Origin: Armatimonadota bacterium
Lineage (GTDB): Bacteria > Armatimonadota > HRBIN16
DNA: 64,000 nucleotides
Direction: 5' to 3'
Assembly (NCBI GenBank): GCA_963677485.1
Contig: OY781964.1
Location: 3,072,001 to 3,136,000, forward strand
This document shows, piece after piece, positions 62,441 through 64,000 of this stretch. Made by a program: the position numbers and the translations under genes. The notes beneath the pieces are model-generated. The model searched no databases, had not been told where the DNA came from, and was given only the letters and a program-made list of their open reading frames with translations. Position 1 is the stretch's first letter. Every line of letters begins with the position of its first letter.

Positions 62441-63123
62441 TCTGCGGCCACCTCATTCCGACTGCTCCATATCGCCTTTATCTGCTCCACAACCTGCTCG
62501 ATACTCAGTCCATCCGTCATCACGGTGACCGCATCGGCTGCGGCGGCGAGTGGTGCGACTTCTCTCTGCGAGTCGCGCGAATCACGCTCACGCATCTCCT
62601 GTGCGATCTGCTCCAGACTCTGTGCAGTTCCCCGCCCTTGAAGCTCCAGGTGACGTCTGCGCGCCCGCTCCTCGGGGCTGGCATCAAGGAATATCTTCAC
62701 GCCCGCATTGGGAAACACTACGGTTCCGGTATCGCGGCCTTCGACCACAGTGCAGCCACGGTTGCCGATATCACGCTGCATCTGCAGCAGTGCCGCGCGC
62801 ACAGAGGGAAGGGCACTGACGATCGAAGCTGTTTGTGAAACCTCGGGTGTGCGGATGACGGATGTCACATCGGTGCCATCCAGCGTGACATGCTGGACAC
62901 CCTCACCCGGGGCGAAGCGAATCACAGCGCTCAGTGCGGCTTGAGCCACGGCGGCTTCGTCAGACAGATCGGTCTGGCTGCTCAACGCCTTCAAGGCCAC
63001 ACAGCGGTAGATGGCTCCGGTGTCTAAAAACTGGTAATTTAACTGGGTCGCCAGCAGACGTGCGATGGTGCTTTTACCCGCGCCAGCCGGTCCGTCGATC
63101 GTAATAATGGTGGTATCACTCAC
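62437..63123 (-). CDS. cmk: Cytidylate kinase
   Basis: IDGPAGAGKST, DTGAIYR, EGRDTGTVVFP, RDSRDS.R..APL. Confidence 0.97.
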   Translation of the reverse strand: MSDTTIITIDGPAGAGKSTIARLLATQLNYQFLDTGAIYRCVALKALSSQTDLSDEAAVAQAALSAVIRFAPGEGVQHVTLDGTDVTSVIRTPEVSQTASIVSALPSVRAALLQMQRDIGNRGCTVVEGRDTGTVVFPNAGVKIFLDASPEERARRRHLELQGRGTAQSLEQIAQEMRERDSRDSQREVAPLAAAADAVTVMTDGLSIEQVVEQIKAIWSSRNEVAAE

Positions 63124-64000
63124 AGGCCATGAACCTCAATCTCAGCGATGCTGCTTAGCCGCTGCCAGTAGTCAGGGAAGGTCTTGTTGACACATTCCGC
63201 GCCTTCAATCACCACATCGGGCACACGAAGGCCTATCAACGAGAAGGCCATGGCTATACGGTGATCGTGGTAGGTCTTCACCGATCCGCCATGCAGCGTG
63301 CTGGGCCAGATTTTCAAACCGTCAGCATGCTCCTCCACCTTCGCACCGAGGGCCTTCAACTCCGTACAGACTGCGCTGATGCGGTCACACTCTTGCTTGC
63401 GGCTATGCTCTACCCCGCGTATCTCTACAGGGCTGCTGGCAAACGGCGCGATGGCGGCAAGGGTCAAGAATGTGTCCGAAATATCACCCATGTCCGCGTT
63501 GATGCCCTTCAACTGCCCAGATGCCCGCACATGCAGACCCAGATCATCGGCGGTGACAGAACACCCCATGGATGACAGCAGCTTCACAAACTGCACGTCG
63601 CCCTGCAGTGCATCCTGCGGTATGCCGGGAACGCAGACATCGCCGCCCGTCAACGCGGCCGCCGCCCAGAAGTAGCTGGCCGCGGTGGCATCGGGCTCCA
63701 CATTGTAGTGGCCGTTTGGGTGCATCGACGCGCGGTAACTCTGCCCGCACGGAATATTGATGGTGTGCCCCTGCCAGTCGGCCCGAACCCCGAACTGGTG
63801 CATCATGCTGAGTGTCATGTCCAGAAATGGCCTGGACACAATCGGACCTTCCAGCTTGATATGTGTGTCCCGCTGGGCATATGGTGCGGAGATCATAATT
63901 GCACTGATGAACTGGCTGCTGACCGCGCCGCGCATCGTCACCTCACCACCGAGCAACCCCAGTGCCTGGATCTTGATGGGCAGCACGCCCTCATTGTCCA
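63120..64000 (-). CDS. aroA: EPSP synthase, 5'-truncated by window edge
   Basis: SSQFISA, EPDATAASY, RKQECDR, DHRIAMAF, KTFPDYW. Confidence 0.96.
   Translation of the reverse strand, partial: DNEGVLPIKIQALGLLGGEVTMRGAVSSQFISAIMISAPYAQRDTHIKLEGPIVSRPFLDMTLSMMHQFGVRADWQGHTINIPCGQSYRASMHPNGHYNVEPDATAASYFWAAAALTGGDVCVPGIPQDALQGDVQFVKLLSSMGCSVTADDLGLHVRASGQLKGINADMGDISDTFLTLAAIAPFASSPVEIRGVEHSRKQECDRISAVCTELKALGAKVEEHADGLKIWPSTLHGGSVKTYHDHRIAMAFSLIGLRVPDVVIEGAECVNKTFPDYWQRLSSIAEIEVHGL

Overview
64 kb of ordinary bacterial chromosome from a diderm (lpxK, a small OM beta-barrel). Armatimonadota is my guess, from the RpoB/RpoC style and the dockerin-like 'GDADGDNQVNLFD' tails, and is unverified. Core genes: rpoB-rpoC (detached from rplL/rpsL), typA, lpxK, dtd, prfA, radA, amtB-glnK, larEBC, aroA-cmk-plsC, two trans-sulfuration enzymes and maf. 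Accessory genes: tandem RCC1/BLIP-II repeat proteins, several secreted CAZyme-like genes, an ECF sigma/anti-sigma pair, an AbiE type IV TA pair and AT-richer hypotheticals; two accessory genes appear frameshifted. I saw no rRNA, tRNA, CRISPR array, integrase or transposase. The most unusual signal is non-coding: at least six distinct palindromic/REP-like families pile into the same intergenic hotspots, including a 168-bp tandem array with A/B alternation and a multi-hairpin ~190-bp element present five times. Other leads: an ~80-bp duplication of the dtd start flanking a foreign-looking gene, a CxxC..CxxC insertion in RpoB, a non-SBHM-looking trigger-loop insertion in RpoC, and an ANTAR-like dual hairpin before amtB. 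All calls are by eye; no searches were run.
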